A stretch of 64,000 bases of DNA from Lingula anatina. Lineage: Eukaryota; Animalia; Brachiopoda. The notes beneath the pieces were generated by a model, which did no database searches, was not told the origin of the DNA, and saw nothing but the letters and a program-made list of their open reading frames with translations. The translations under genes were made by a program, and so were the position numbers. Location: NCBI GenBank assembly GCA_051362555.1, contig CM120647.1, positions 12,562,651-12,626,650 of the forward strand, in the 5' to 3' direction. Positions 24,801 to 37,720 of the stretch are shown here, piece by piece; within the stretch, counting starts at the first letter, position 1, and each line of letters opens with the position of its first letter.

Positions 24801-26449
24801 GCATCACGTGAACGGTTTTTCTAATGTTTATTTTGGGTGGGGAGGAGAGGACGACGACATGTCGGCAAGGTAAAGACGATTCCTTCAGCTGGAAATTAAC
24901 TTAAGATATTTTACTCATCAAGTTATTCTAATGATTTAATGTTGAAAAAGATGCTCATACAATAAAAATAGATCCCTTATCGTCTGTAAAAAAAATATTT
25001 TCTTAGAATTTTAGTTTAGACCTTGGACAAAAAATACAGAGCATGGACAAAATTACGAAATCGTTATTTTGTCCATGTACGAAGAGACTGGAGACGCGAG
25101 GGGAGATCAAAGGATAATTGGCTTAGCGCAATCCTTTCGCAGGGCCAAATGCATGATCTCCCGTTCAGGTAGAGCAAGATCGCGGTCGTGGCAGACTTTC
25201 TGTGTCATTAAGGAAGGTAGATGTCGACCGCGTGAAGCAGTCTTCGGGCGAAAGATACAACAAAATCATAGAGTTAAAATGTTGATATATTTTACTTGAT
25301 GAGGATATGATATTTTGTTCAAAAAGGAATATAAAATGCCCAATTTACAGAGGTAGTTAAGTCAAGCGTGTCTGTTGCCCAGGATGAGCTTTCAAACTTG
25401 GGTAATTCTTGTATAATTGCAAAGTAGGATACATGTTTTTAACTATAATCTGATAGGAATGTGCATTTTTTTTTTTTTTTTTTTTGAGAAACTAGATTAA
25501 GATGCGGCAATAATGAAACCATCAAACGGATCTTGAATTGAAATGTCGCAATTCGACTCCAATTCCTAAGGTTCGCTGGCATTTCTTGGGGATGGCACTT
25601 TTGATGAACATTTTAAGTAATGGTGACACCACTATAGCTGTGTCCTATACATAAAAAATTGTTTTATCAGCCAAAGTCTGCTCGATTTTGGAAAGGATAA
25701 TTTTTCAATGTCGGTTTTCAATGTCGGCTCTCACTTCTTGGTCGCCTGGAGTTTAACTACCAGTATAGGCATTTTGTAATTTGCGTCATATTTTTCCCAG
25801 TGTTGTGATGATTATTTTCTAACCACTATTTCTATTTTCTAACCATTATTTTAGAATTCGGGATAAAAACGGTCCTGGTTATAGCAGTGTACCCGGTGAG
25901 ATTGGACGGTATAAAATGATCAAACATCAGCACGAGAAAAGTAACCCCGGTAACCCGCTGAGGCAAGCAGGACCTCAAGATTTCAAAGCTCTGTGCATTT
26001 AAAACTATCTTTAAACAAAACGTAATGATGTATTTGTTGATTTATTTATCGATGCATTTATTGGTGGTTTGTTGAATCTTTCGTACAATATGAATACTGA
26101 AGAATGTCAATTCATTCTGTCGAAAATATTTTTTTTTAATTTTGTGTTAAAGAAATAGTACAACGAAAGATTAATCGAAACACGACGCACAGTTATCTGC
26201 AAGCTCAATAACCTAAAAAAGTATCTTTCTCGCGCGCGCAAGCGCCCTTAATGATCGCACTGACTGGAATGGGTCTTTATTTGCAGGTGGGACCTTTTAG
26301 GCTCAGCTCTAAGCAGATGGAAGTCAGATGGACTGAGCAGCTTGGAGGGACGATATTCTATACTGAAATTACAACGACGCCTCCTGTACACTTGGATGTA
26401 CGCGGATGTTGATGAAACGGCTATTTTATTGGTATGTATTAACGAATGA
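18840..26449 (+). CDS. GT7 beta-1,4-galactosyl/N-acetylgalactosaminyltransferase, bre-4-like. Exons 18840..19365, 19631..19869, 24233..24420, 24747..24869, 25855..25962, 26287..26449; ~448 aa
   Basis: TM anchor and Ser/Thr-rich stem, then GGLWRPRNC..VAIIIPFRGR, FNRAMLMNIGF, FIFHDVDL (DxD), PRHMSV, YIFGGV, NGFSNVYFGWGGEDDD, RYKMIKH, SDGLSSL..LYT. Exon phases are compatible (1347 nt). Alternative ATG at 18801; AATAAA at ~26698. Confidence 0.92.
20165..23470 (-). mobile_element. 5'-truncated LINE (APE endonuclease, RT, C-terminal Cys/His motif), probably RTEX-like, antisense in intron 2 of the GT7 gene
   Basis: LLGDFNAR and SDH (APE); FVDLRKAFD, GIRQGDNLSP, LYADD (RT); ELGRLPL and LEIERGRY..RICPHC..EVHFLLKC. 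One in-frame stop (22524-22526) and two frameshifts (~22229, ~21419). AATAAA plus (TTA)n tail at ~20165-20180. Clade assignment is inference. Confidence 0.92.
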
Positions 26450-26989
26450 TACCTGAACACAGCTACCGGTAATGCTTGTTCCTCTTCTCATATCTGAACC
26501 AGTATCATTATTTTTTTTTATTAAATGAACTTAAAACTGTCTCTGGTCTAACATAATAAGCACTGAACTTCTTAAGTAATCATACTTTTGTGTATTTAGA
26601 ATTTTACATCTTATATGACTACGCGTGTATCAGCTATCTTTATGATGTATTTTCGCTTTTTACATAGCTAACAAAAATTACTTAAAATTGGAACCGAAAT
26701 AAAGGTTTTTTTTAAGGATAAACACATTCTACCTACATACATGTATTTTGCTACATTAGTATTTGTGGTGAAATTTTTATAGTAAATGTTCGGACAAGGC
26801 AATATAAATTTGGCTTCACAAATTTTGCTCAAAGTTGTTTCTTTTTTTTGTGCTGTAGGACGATACCATGGCAAAATATCGGAACAATTCTTGGGTGCAA
26901 TACTTACTTACGTTAAACCATACCTTTGAAACTGCATCACCGGCAAAATCTGACTGAACAAGGGCGATCCACTATACTAGCCGCTAACA

Positions 26990-27355
26990 TGTGGTACCCT
27001 AGTATCGACATTAACTTTAAGCATGTTCATAAACAATGCGGGGTTCATTGCGTTAGAGGAGCTGCCACATTAATTGTACATCTGTACACCCAAGGCAACT
27101 TCAATGACTTAATACATTATTTCCATTTCACCCATTTGTAATTGTAAGATTGAAGAATTCATCATTTACTAAGAGACACAGATTGTCACAAAACCTTCAT
27201 ACACGTGGTACCCCAGTACCGACATTAAGCTTTTAAAAGCATGTTCACAAACTTTGTAGGGTTTGATACACCTTTATTGTGTTAGAGGAGCTGCCACATC
27301 ATTTGCATATTTGTACATGTTTACATTCAAGGCAACTCCATTGACTTTATACATT
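26990..27355. repeat. Local diverged direct duplication (~150 bp x2); the second copy is the LINE target
   Basis: GTGGTACCC.AGTA.CGACATTAA..GTTAGAGGAGCTGCCACAT..CAAGGCAACT at ~26991 and ~27205. Confidence 0.8.
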
Positions 27356-30300
27356 TTTTTTTTTTTTTTTTTTTTTATTCACAAAAAGACAAACAAAAAT
27401 ACATATGTAGACACACACACAAACACACACACACACAATAACACACAAGACATTCATTATACATTAAGTAAACATGAAATATATGTAGATAGCCAGACTA
27501 CGTACAAAACAGTATATTACAAGTGATGCTGCACATAACAAGATACAAACATTTAACATAGAAGAAATTTGCGAAAAAGTAAAGTAAATTTATGAGTGGA
27601 GAATCTAGGCAAAAATAGAATCCCAGGTTCTCCACTCTGTAAGAAAAAGGCCTAATTGAAGGTTTTTTTTGAGAAACGTATTTTTCTAATTCGAATTTTT
27701 TTTTTGATGTATAAGAGAAGGGAAGGGAAGGTCGGCTGGATTTTTCTTTTAAAACAGGTATATATATAAAATTTGGAGACAAGAATAATGTAATTTAGAG
27801 GCTTGAATTTTGTTTTGGATACTCCAAAAATTATATTTTCATCATATAGTGTAATTCTATCACCAGTTTTGTTAGCAATCAAACGTTCCATTTCAGTCCA
27901 AATGTTTCTTATTCGATAACAATTTAAAAATACATGTCGCAAATCTTCCCTCTCTGCTCCACAAATAAAGCATTTCTCTGACACCTCAATACCGATTCTT
28001 TTCAGATATGACCTAACTGGTAAGATTCTAAAAATTATTCTGTATTGGAACCACTGAAGTTTTGTTTCTCGTGTAACAAAGAAAACAATTCTTGTAAACA
28101 TACTTCCAAGTGATATTTATATTTAGATCTAGGTTCCATTTCCTTTCGTGTACCAAGTTTTCAGGAGTTTCACTCATGAGAACCTGATAAAAATCTTTAC
28201 AGCCATTTCGACTCTTTATAAGTAGCTGAACCGGCTGAGGAATATAAGGAAATAAAATTTCTTCAAAAATTTCTTCATTGTTCTTTTCTTTTAATCTACA
28301 TTTTAAACTGTTACGTATTCCAAAATATTTTAAATCACATACTCTTTGAAATCCAAATTTCCTTTCCAGTTCAGCTTTGGTTAAAAATTTTCCTTCGTTG
28401 AAAAGATCGCCAATTATTCTTATACCCTTATTGTACCATTCTTTGTCCAATATTGATACCCCACCCAATTTTACTTTACTGTTATACCACAGAGGTTCAA
28501 GAGCAATATTGCTTTTCATATTTTCTATACCGTATGTTAGTTCTTTCCAGGAGATAATGACATCTCTCCAAAACCTGTTATTGCAATTGCATAAGAGTAT
28601 ATCCAAATATTCATTTCCATAGTCAAATATATTCCAAATAGATTGTAAATCAAAGGTGCTCTGGAGAATAGTGTTATAAACGTTATTTTTAAGGTATAGT
28701 CTTCTTATCCATGTACATTTTAATGCCGTTATGAACTTACTTAAGTCTGTCATTTTTAGACCACCATATTCATAATCCTTTACTATCTGACCTCTCTTTA
28801 CCTTATCAATTTTGCTACCCCAGATGAATCGGAAAAAAATAGAATTTAGTTTTTTGATGAATACTAGATCTGGATTTGGCAGAGAAATGAAAAGATGGTT
28901 CAGCATTGGGATGATAAGGGTTTTTAAGATAGTAATTCTACCAATAGGGGTAAGTATTCTTCTATTCCAATGCCGAATCATACCCTCTATCTTCGGGATT
29001 TGTTTATTAAAGTTTAAAGTGACCATATCGTTTAAATTTACCGAAAATTCTATACCTAAGAGATTAAATTGCGTCGAACCCCATTCAAGTTTCCATCTAA
29101 CGTGGTGAAAAACTTCCCGACTATATTTTCTTGAGCCAATCCACACTGGTTTAGTCTTACTATTGTTGATATGGAGACCTGAAATTTTTGAGAAATAGTC
29201 TAATGTACGGAAAGATTCTAAGAAAGAAGACCTATTACCATCTAATATAAGGGTGGTGTCATCAGCATACTGGGTTATTTTAAATTCGGTGTCACCAAGT
29301 TTTATTCCGCAAATATTTTTATTATTCTTTATCATGATTGCGAGAATCTCAGCACAAAGGAGAAAGATATAAGGAGACAAGGGGTCCCCTTGACGACAGC
29401 CCCTCGAGATTTTGAAAGGCTCCGACAAGTGGCCGTTTTGTGTAACAGAGGCCTTGCTATTGTAATTAAGGATATGAAACCACCTTTTTATAGTTTCCCC
29501 AAAGTTAAAAAAGTCTAAAACTTTATCAATAAAACCCCAGTCTACAGAATCAAAGGCCTTTTCAAAATCGATAAGAATGAGTAAAGCAGGAATATTTTTC
29601 TTTTCTGCGATATGCATTAGATCATAAATTAATCTTGTATTTTCCCCAATATATCTTCCGGCAATAAACCCGGACTGAGAATTAGAAATAATTTTATCAA
29701 GATAGAGTTTCATTCTTTCCGCTATACAGCCCGAGATCATCTTATAAATAACATTTAAAAGGGTTATAGGCCTCCAATTTTTTATAAATTTTCTGATTTT
29801 ATCGGCTTTTGGAATACAGGTTATAATCCCAAGATTTTGACTTGCCATCATTTTCTCCTTGATAAAAATTTCATTAACTGCTCTAATTATAAAACTATGT
29901 AAATCATTCCAAAAAAATTTATAAAACTCTGCAGTAAAGCCATCAGATCCAGGCGATTTGTTATTTTTCATTTTTTTCAGCACCCTCAAAAGTTCCTTTG
30001 AGGTAATTTCGGTTTGCAAGTATTCCTTATCAGGCTCGCTTAATTTGGGGACATCTAAATTTGCAAAAATTAATTCTAGATCTACCTCTTCTAATTGATT
30101 AGTTTTTGACGAGTAAAGGCGTTCGTAAAATAACTTTGCTTCATTTAATATGAGTTTTTGATCAAATATTGTAGTTCCGTCTGGTAGTTCTAAATTCTGA
30201 ATAGTTTTATTGACATAATTTCTGGATTCAAGTGAACAAAAATATTTCGTAGGCTTCTCTCCTTCCTCAATCCACCTGCATTTTGCTCGGACGAGGACTC

Positions 30301-30766
30301 CTTTTAGTTTTTCTTGTCTGATATTTTTCAAAGCCTCCCTCTTAGCCTCAAGTTCGTCCAAAGAATTTTCATTTGGGTGGTTCATTTCCATTACATTAAT
30401 TTCTCTTTCTAGTTCTAATTCTTTCCTGTCCCTTTGTTTTTTCTTGAAAGTGGAATAGGAAATTGTCATTCCTCTAATTTCCATTAAAAGCATTTCTAAA
30501 AATAAGGAGTCATCAATCGTGAAAGATATTTGTTCGTTCGGAATTTCTGTAATATTTTCTTCGGCGTACACCGGAACTGCATATTGTAGTTTTGTTCTCT
30601 TAATTATGTCCTTCACTTTACTCACATATTCCTCATCTTTTAAGAGGGAACTGTTAAATACCCAAGTGCCTTTGCCCTTAATAAATTTATTAAGCTTTAA
30701 TTCTAAAATTACGGGTGAATGATCGGATCGGTATGATGCCTTAATAAAAATATTAGAAACTGAATT
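27356..30766 (-). mobile_element. 5'-truncated Tx1/L1-clade LINE with poly(A) tail and 15-bp TSD
   Basis: 865-aa ORF with RWIEEGEKPTKYF, KSPGSDG, NWRPITLLN, DFEKAFD, RQGDPLSP, QYADD; CCHC motif in the shifted frame. Poly(T) on + at ~27354-27376; TSD TTGACTTTATACATT at 27341-27355 and 30767-30781. Confidence 0.96.
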
Positions 30767-31178
30767 TTGACTTTATACATTGTTTCCATACTTTTAAGAC
30801 TTCAATAAAGCTTACTAACTTAATAAAGGAAGTGTAGGCAATCATTTCATATGTGTAAAAAGTTTATTACATGCGGTAATTGGTGATTTTTTTTTCATAT
30901 TTATATCTCAACCTACCTACCCTTTAAGTAAAAACGTGAATCCGCTACAGTCCAATTAGTGTTTGAATAATGTTCTACAAAATACATGTACTCTTTGTCA
31001 ATAAGAAATTATCATGTATTACCATTATAGCATTGTCTCTTTGGCGCAAGACGTTAGATCATAGTTAATCATAATTTTATGAAAATAAAATATTTATTCA
31101 AATGATCGACTCTTATGCAGATAGACGTTTGAAAATAAATTGCATGGGAAGTTTGCATTAGTCCTTTTGATGTCACTG

Positions 31179-32450
31179 TCAAATAGTTAGTGAAAAGTTA
31201 TTCGGTGCAGAGCAGTACAAAGTGTCGGGTGTAAACGGCCGTCGACGACGGTTGTCTAGTCCAAGGATTTTCTGTATTTCTGGTTTTTGTAACCACGTTA
31301 ATTTCTTTCTAATCATGGGATGAGTATGGTCCCAGTGTTGAAGGATGAAATCCGGTGTCACAAGATACGATTGGTTGCCTTTCATTTCTGGCTTCCCTGG
31401 AATCTTTATGTGAGGACCTGGCTGTAGAGTACCTGGACTTTGGCGCGAAGAAGTTCCTTTCAATACAGCTTCAATTAATGGGTTGGGTTTGGCTGGGTTA
31501 GTTTTGGTTTTCTTCAGCAAAGCAGACGAAATGTAATTTCGCGGTATTTCGTAATGAAAATATTGCTTATATCTGTCCTTTGAGATAATTCTATTTGAAA
31601 TACGATTTGTAACATGCAACGAGTTGCATTGAATGCGATAGCTATGATACAGCATCGAAATCAACTGACGAGTCATCCAGGCGCCATTAAACCACGACTC
31701 ATAATCTAAGTGCAAGTCATACGGTATAAGAAATGACAGTGTATCCTTGTGAAAAGCATTCAAACACTCATCAAAATCCCAGTTCAAATTTACGGGTTCT
31801 TTTGTATTGACAAACTGTCTACTCTTATCTTGGTAACGCAAGTGTCCCACTACAGGTTGGTAATACATAAGAAACTCTTCAAGCCGCTGGAAAGGATCCG
31901 AGGCCATCTTGGGCCAAGGTTTCCAATTGACCTGCCCGTCCGACTTAACTGAAAGCTCCAGGTCGTCGTCCATGAATATGTAATAAAGATAACCGCCGTC
32001 TTTCATTTGGGCCGCTAAGTTAACAGCGTGTTGTAGAAGCACATTTCTTCCGGCACTAAGGGAGGTATCAGGGCCGTAAACGTCACCTGACCTGTCTGCA
32101 AACGTCATCCAGATGACGTCACGTTCCTTCGTTTCTTGTAATCCTTTGATGACCCCCTTTGTTGGGCTTTCAATGAGATACACAAACCGCTTCCCAGTCG
32201 TCTGGCTGTAATTTCTCGGTCGTATAACTGCATACCTTACCTCAAATGTAAAATCTAGGGTTTCAGGTAAGCCATTGTTCTCGGTTCTTCTCCTGGAATT
32301 TTCATTTTTTATGTTTTGTGAGTTTGTGTCCCCGTTGCCACTGGGCAATCTGCTGAAGTTCACCAAGTTACTGAGATTCACCCATAAAAATAGAGCCAGC
32401 AAGATAAGGGTGATTGTCGAAAGAAACAAGCATCTTTTAAATCTCACCAT
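31179..32450 (-). CDS. Uncharacterised type II membrane protein with GT-A-like DxD motif (putative glycosyltransferase), paralogue 1; 423 aa
   Basis: Long intact ORF with N-terminal TM and stem, and SAGRNVLL..YLYYIFMDDD. Putative 5' UTR intron 32729..32486; AATAAA on - at 31093-31098. Confidence 0.85.
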   Translation of the reverse strand: MVRFKRCLFLSTITLILLALFLWVNLSNLVNFSRLPSGNGDTNSQNIKNENSRRRTENNGLPETLDFTFEVRYAVIRPRNYSQTTGKRFVYLIESPTKGVIKGLQETKERDVIWMTFADRSGDVYGPDTSLSAGRNVLLQHAVNLAAQMKDGGYLYYIFMDDDLELSVKSDGQVNWKPWPKMASDPFQRLEEFLMYYQPVVGHLRYQDKSRQFVNTKEPVNLNWDFDECLNAFHKDTLSFLIPYDLHLDYESWFNGAWMTRQLISMLYHSYRIQCNSLHVTNRISNRIISKDRYKQYFHYEIPRNYISSALLKKTKTNPAKPNPLIEAVLKGTSSRQSPGTLQPGPHIKIPGKPEMKGNQSYLVTPDFILQHWDHTHPMIRKKLTWLQKPEIQKILGLDNRRRRPFTPDTLYCSAPNNFSLTI

Positions 32451-33337
32451 CGCCTTCGTTAGTCGCCTATTGGTACGTATGACCCCTAAAATCAGAAATA
32501 TAAGAACATTAAATAATGGATTTTAAATATTTTCTTTTAATTTATTCCGGCTCGTACACATGCACAACTACTAGTGATTATCCATGTTTGTATTGGATAC
32601 ATGCATTTGAAATAGTCATTGGCTTGTGTTCAAAATATTATAAAAAACAATATCGACATGAGAAATAACCTTTAAAAAATAGTATTAAAAGGCAGTGACA
32701 CATTTACTGTCCTTGTTTTAAGTACTTACCTGTATGACAACGCTTCCTTGGCCAGACGCCTCCGGTATTCAAACCACAGTTTGCGACATCTAGCGGTAAA
32801 TTTTGAAATGGATAACTGCACAAGCTGTTGTAGTGGATATTTACTTTTTGGAACATCTGACCACAAGTCGTAGGCTATGAAATACTGGACCAATGGTGGA
32901 ATGGTTAATATGAACTTTTTTGTCTTGTTTTCATATGGGAGCAGTTGTCATGAATCAGTGCAATTGAAAGTGCCAAGTAAACAGGCCTTAGAATTATACT
33001 CCCCGTTTTTAAATAAGAGGGTTTTTTTCTAGGTGTCGTGTCCGGCATAAAGACATTTTGCGAGGTAACGTTATCTCATGCAGTCGGCACGTGCCGTCAC
33101 CTAGGAGTACTTGTGCCATGGCGACTTCTTTGTACAACACCGATGAAAAACTCAGCTATTACCTCTGCATTTAAAATAAGCAGAATTTATATTTACTGCC
33201 ACTTAAGATGAGTAAGTTGGATATTAAGGACAGCGTCCGAACGACAGAGCTAAAGTGATCGGACTTGGAGAAGGTAGAAGACGGATATGAGTTCCAAGAG
33301 ATGGGGAGTTAAGAGGTTGGAGAACATCAGTATGTAG

Positions 33338-33517
33338 CAGGGGCGGATCCAGAGATGTTTTCTGACAGTCTTTATCTTTGTTAGTCCAATTATCTTTGTT
33401 AGTTCATCCACCATTTTTGACCGTCTTCCGACAGAAAACATTAGATACCCGTCAATGCAAACTTAAAAACCTTACCGTATTCCGGAAGACCCAGAAGACG
33501 GCCTCAATCCTCCCCTG
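33338..33517. mobile_element. ~170-190-bp CAGGGGCGGAT-TIR MITE
   Basis: CAGGGGCGGAT..ATCCTCCCCTG; same family as 52247 and 63377; partial copy at ~41768-41815. Confidence 0.85.
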
Positions 33518-33574
33518 CGTAGATACAAAACGTTGATGAATATATCGTATTACTGGTCATTATTTAACCTACCG

Positions 33575-34389
33575 CTAATTAGTCAAAACAGAGTTTTCAG
33601 ACATCCTGAACAGGCCTAGGTCGAAGCGTATGCCGTGTCTAAAGTGACTAGGCTCATTGAAAGCTTCAGTATTTGGAGTGGTTACCACATTGGTGCCAAA
33701 ACACCAATGGTAGGCATCGATGAAAACCTGAACCAGATCAAATAAAGGAATAATCTGAGAACCACTTGACTATCATTTGATATGGGGTAAATTAGGAACA
33801 CTTTTAGGTTGCAAGATGAGATTACCAGTTCACACAGAGCACTTTAAATAGCAGATATCTTACAGAACCAAGGGAATGAGCAGCTACTTAGGTCATCAAA
33901 ATCGCCATATTTGTTGTGTCTTTACTCGCCGAATCAACGGGCTGCATGTATAACAACAAAACAGAACCAATTGGACAATGTTATTCCAGATTAAACTCTT
34001 TAAAGCAATTCCAAGGAATGCCGTGTCACTTGAGAGTTCTGGTAGTAGCCAGATGAGGTCACGCTTAACATGGACCGTTGCTGTACCTAGACACTGACAT
34101 TAGGTTCTTGGTGGGGCATGTAACTCTTTTAAATGAAAATAATTTGGAAAATATGGAGATCCAAAATATCACTTTCAATTGCTTGTCGTATGACGATAAA
34201 AATTAATGTATTTTAGTTTGCTCCACTGGCGAATTCAATTAATGAACTGATGTCACAATGACATCTAAAACATAATTAAAATTATTAAACCACGATTTAA
34301 TCTTTACTTTATATTATCACTCAGCAAAATAGGAAAAAATCTGGTGAATTATGGTTTGGAAAAATATTCCTTATTAAATGTGAAGTCTG
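33575..34389 (+). mobile_element. Tc1-like fossil, 3' half with right TIR
   Basis: Colinear with ~39360-40220; ends ATTAAATGTGAAGTCTG|TA. Confidence 0.8.
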
Positions 34390-34870
34390 TATAATGATTG
34401 TTGAAGGAGGGTTACGGAGGTTGGTTTTTATATTTTTTTTACCAGATTTCGTTTGAAAATGCATGTCACAAACAAATAAACGATCACAGTCACCTGTATT
34501 ATCTAGTATTTTTTTTATAAATTGCACCAAATACTGTTATCTGTATTTTTTAATGTTAAACACTTCAAACTTAAATATTCCTTGTTTTGATATTATGATA
34601 AGAGATTAGTGTATACGATTTATATTTTTTATCGTGTATACTAATCTCTTACCATGGCTCAGAGATCGAAGTGACGGGTATCAGCTTGTAATCATTTACA
34701 TGTAATACCAGTACAGCATTGTCTCTTTGCTGAGAGATGGCATTAAATCAAAGTTAATCATTATTTTAGGACAAGAAATCATTTATTGAAATAATCGACT
34801 CATATATAGATAGGTGTTTGAAAATAAATGTATTGGAAAGCATGTTATGTTAAGCCTTCGATGTCATTGT

Positions 34871-36118
34871 CTAATTAATAGTCAGTGAAAAGTTATTCGG
34901 TGCAGAGCAGTACAAAGTGTCGGGTGTAAACGGCCGTCGACGACGGTTGTCTAGTCCAAGGATTTTCTGTATTTCTGGTTTTTGTAACCACGTTAATTTC
35001 TTTCTAATCATGGGATGGGTATGGTCCCAGTGTTGAAAGATGAAATCCGGTGTCACAAGATACGATTGGTTGCCTTTCAGTTTCGGCTTCCCTGGAATCT
35101 TTATGTAAGGACCTGGCTGTAGAGTACCTGGACTTTGGCGCGAAGACGTTCCTTTCAATACAGCTTCAATTAATGGGTTGGCTTTGGGAGGGTTAGTTTT
35201 TGTTTTCTTCAGCAAAGCAGACGAGATGTAGTTTCGCGGTGTTTCGAAATGAAAATTGTGCTTGTATCTGTCCTTTGAGATCATTCTATTTGAAATGCGA
35301 TTTGTAACATGCAACGAGTTGCACTGAATGCGATAGCTATGATACAACATCGAGATCAACTGACGAGTCATCCAGGCGCCATTAAACCACGATTCATAAT
35401 CTAGGTGTAAATCATACGGAATGAGAAATGACAGTGTATCCTTGTGAAAAGCATTCAAACACTCGTCAAAATCCCAGTTCAAATTTACGGGTTGTTTTTT
35501 ATTGACAAGCTGTCTACCCATATCTCGGTAACGAACGTGTCCTACAGCCGGTTGGTAATACATAAGAAACTCCTCGAACCTTTGAAAAGGGTCCGAGGCC
35601 ATCTTTGGCCAAGGTTTCCAATTGACCTGTCCGTCAGACTTAACCGAAAGCTCCAGGTCATCGTCCATGAATATATAATAAAGATAACCGCCGTCTTTCA
35701 TTTGGGCCGCTAAGTTCACCGCGTGCTGAAGAAGCACATTTCTTCCGGAAGCAGCGGAGGTGTCTGGGGCGTAAATGTCACCTGACCTATCTGCAAACGT
35801 CATCCAGATGACGTCACGTTCTTTCGTTTCTTGTAATCCTTTGATGACCCCCTTTGTTGGGCTTTCAATGAGATACACAAATCGCTTCTCAGTCGTCCGG
35901 CTGTATTTTCTCGGCCGTATAACTGCATACCTTTCCTCAAATGTAAAATCCAGGGACACAGGTAGGCCTATCCGATAATTTGGTCTTTTTGTGTTTTGTG
36001 ACGTTGTGTCCCCGTTGCAGCTGTTGTTCACCCAAGTCCTTTGACTCACCCATAAAAATAGAAACACTGAGGCCACTATGATAGTCGAAAGAAAAATGCA
36101 TCTCTTAGATATCTGCAT
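34871..36118 (-). CDS. Uncharacterised GT-A-like type II membrane protein, paralogue 2; 415 aa
   Basis: Highly similar to paralogue 1 beyond the stem. Putative 5' UTR intron 41236..36167; AATAAA at 34782-34787. Confidence 0.85.
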   Translation of the reverse strand: MQISKRCIFLSTIIVASVFLFLWVSQRTWVNNSCNGDTTSQNTKRPNYRIGLPVSLDFTFEERYAVIRPRKYSRTTEKRFVYLIESPTKGVIKGLQETKERDVIWMTFADRSGDIYAPDTSAASGRNVLLQHAVNLAAQMKDGGYLYYIFMDDDLELSVKSDGQVNWKPWPKMASDPFQRFEEFLMYYQPAVGHVRYRDMGRQLVNKKQPVNLNWDFDECLNAFHKDTLSFLIPYDLHLDYESWFNGAWMTRQLISMLYHSYRIQCNSLHVTNRISNRMISKDRYKHNFHFETPRNYISSALLKKTKTNPPKANPLIEAVLKGTSSRQSPGTLQPGPYIKIPGKPKLKGNQSYLVTPDFIFQHWDHTHPMIRKKLTWLQKPEIQKILGLDNRRRRPFTPDTLYCSAPNNFSLTIN

Positions 36119-37099
36119 TGCCTTCGGTAGTGGTATTTTGGGACATTCATCTACGAACTCTCACATCTGAAATCTAGAAATATATATAGAAATACTTTTT
36201 GTTTGTTTATTTGTATTTGTTTCTTTGTTTTTTTTTAAACCCATGCCAAAATCATATAACAACAAAAGTACTGGTATATTACGTGGATCGATACATTCGA
36301 ATGGTCTAGGTTGGTAAAAAAAGAGTTTATTTTATGTAGTTTTAGAACTAAATTTTAACACGTTTAGAGCAAAATATTGTTATTGTTATTTTTAGTCAAC
36401 ACTACACTTGCTACTGCCATTAAGCTGTGCCCTTGTTTATCGTCAACTTTATTGCTTTAGAAATTGGTGTAAGATAGTGATCGGTGCGCGTTGCGTCCTG
36501 ACACCGGACCTTATTTTGGCAGGAGCATTGGCATCGTTGACAACAAAGGTGTGAACTAGCTACAATCCAGTTCCACTGTTTGCATTTTAAGTTTTGTTTA
36601 TTAGATATGAACCCCTTACTATGTTTTTTCGACCACAAAAAAAAAGCTGATGATACTTCATCAGCTCGAATTAGAAAATTCACTCGAAGTATATTTGATG
36701 CGAAATCATTACCTCATCACATGTCAACTTTTAATTCTGCATTATCTAAACGAATAAGGTCTTGGTAGTCATCTTGTGAAACCACCTTGATTTTCAAACG
36801 TAGCTTACAAAAGAAGTGTTGAATAAAGAAGATATTTGAAAGCTTAATGAGCTTGATTCTGAAAAAAATTAAGAGTCAATTGTTGTGGAAATTGTGATTA
36901 TTCTAACTGTAAGCAATTATTCTTACATAAATAAGATTATAACAGTTATAACACTCTCCATGGGTTTGAAAAATCCCTAAAATACTTATTTTTGCAATCC
37001 ACGTTCTTAGCAGGAGAAGAGCTTAGCCAAACTTATTGTAGAATCATACACCGGAGATGCTAAACACAAAGCTTAACGTGTAACACTGCCAAACATGTT

Positions 37100-37720
37100 C
37101 GGTCTTTTTTTTTGTGAAGGGCTTGAAAACCATACGTGTTTCCCACAAAGGAATTCACCTGGACTTTTGGTATGCTGCCAAAGAGGCTTCGCAAATGCAT
37201 GGCGATAAATAAATTATGTCTCATTTTTGTCCAGGTGCACCCATACTGCCCTTGAACATATGATTTTAAGTAGATTGTGTGTAAAAGAGACAAAACGTCA
37301 AGGTTAATAATGTGCTGCATGTGTTTACGTCTTGGGAGTTAAACCTCTATAATTAAAAGTTGACAAACATTGTGTTTGTAAAGTAATATAATTGGGGCTA
37401 TCCTGATTGCGGTGGAGGTGATAGAGGATTGTGTCGTCCCTCTGGGGTGGGAGTTTTTTGAGAGGATAAAGGGGACTCCATGTTGGTGGTGGAGATATTT
37501 GTACATGTGTGCGGCAGTGAATAAAGAAATATTGTTGGGCACCTTCGTATTTTTTTATTTTGAGTGGAAGCTATGGCGAATGTCCTGTGTAAGTGACAGT
37601 ATTCATTTAAGTATCAGCCCTAATAAATTGTGTAGTCCCATCTCCCCTCCGGTGCATTTCTGCATGTACACGTATCAAATAAATGTCATGTTGATCTTGG
37701 TGAAATTGGTTTTTGCTAAT
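37100..37720 (-). mobile_element. Possible very degenerate Penelope-type RT remnant
   Basis: Broken minus-strand fragments (KVPNNISLFT..YTNIS..HQHG; KGSMGAP) weakly resemble Penelope RT motifs. Confidence 0.3.

Noticed and set aside
36647-36666. GCTGATGATACTTCATCAGC as a hammerhead core
   Set aside because: A simple hairpin sequestering CTGATGA, with no correctly placed helix II and GAAA.
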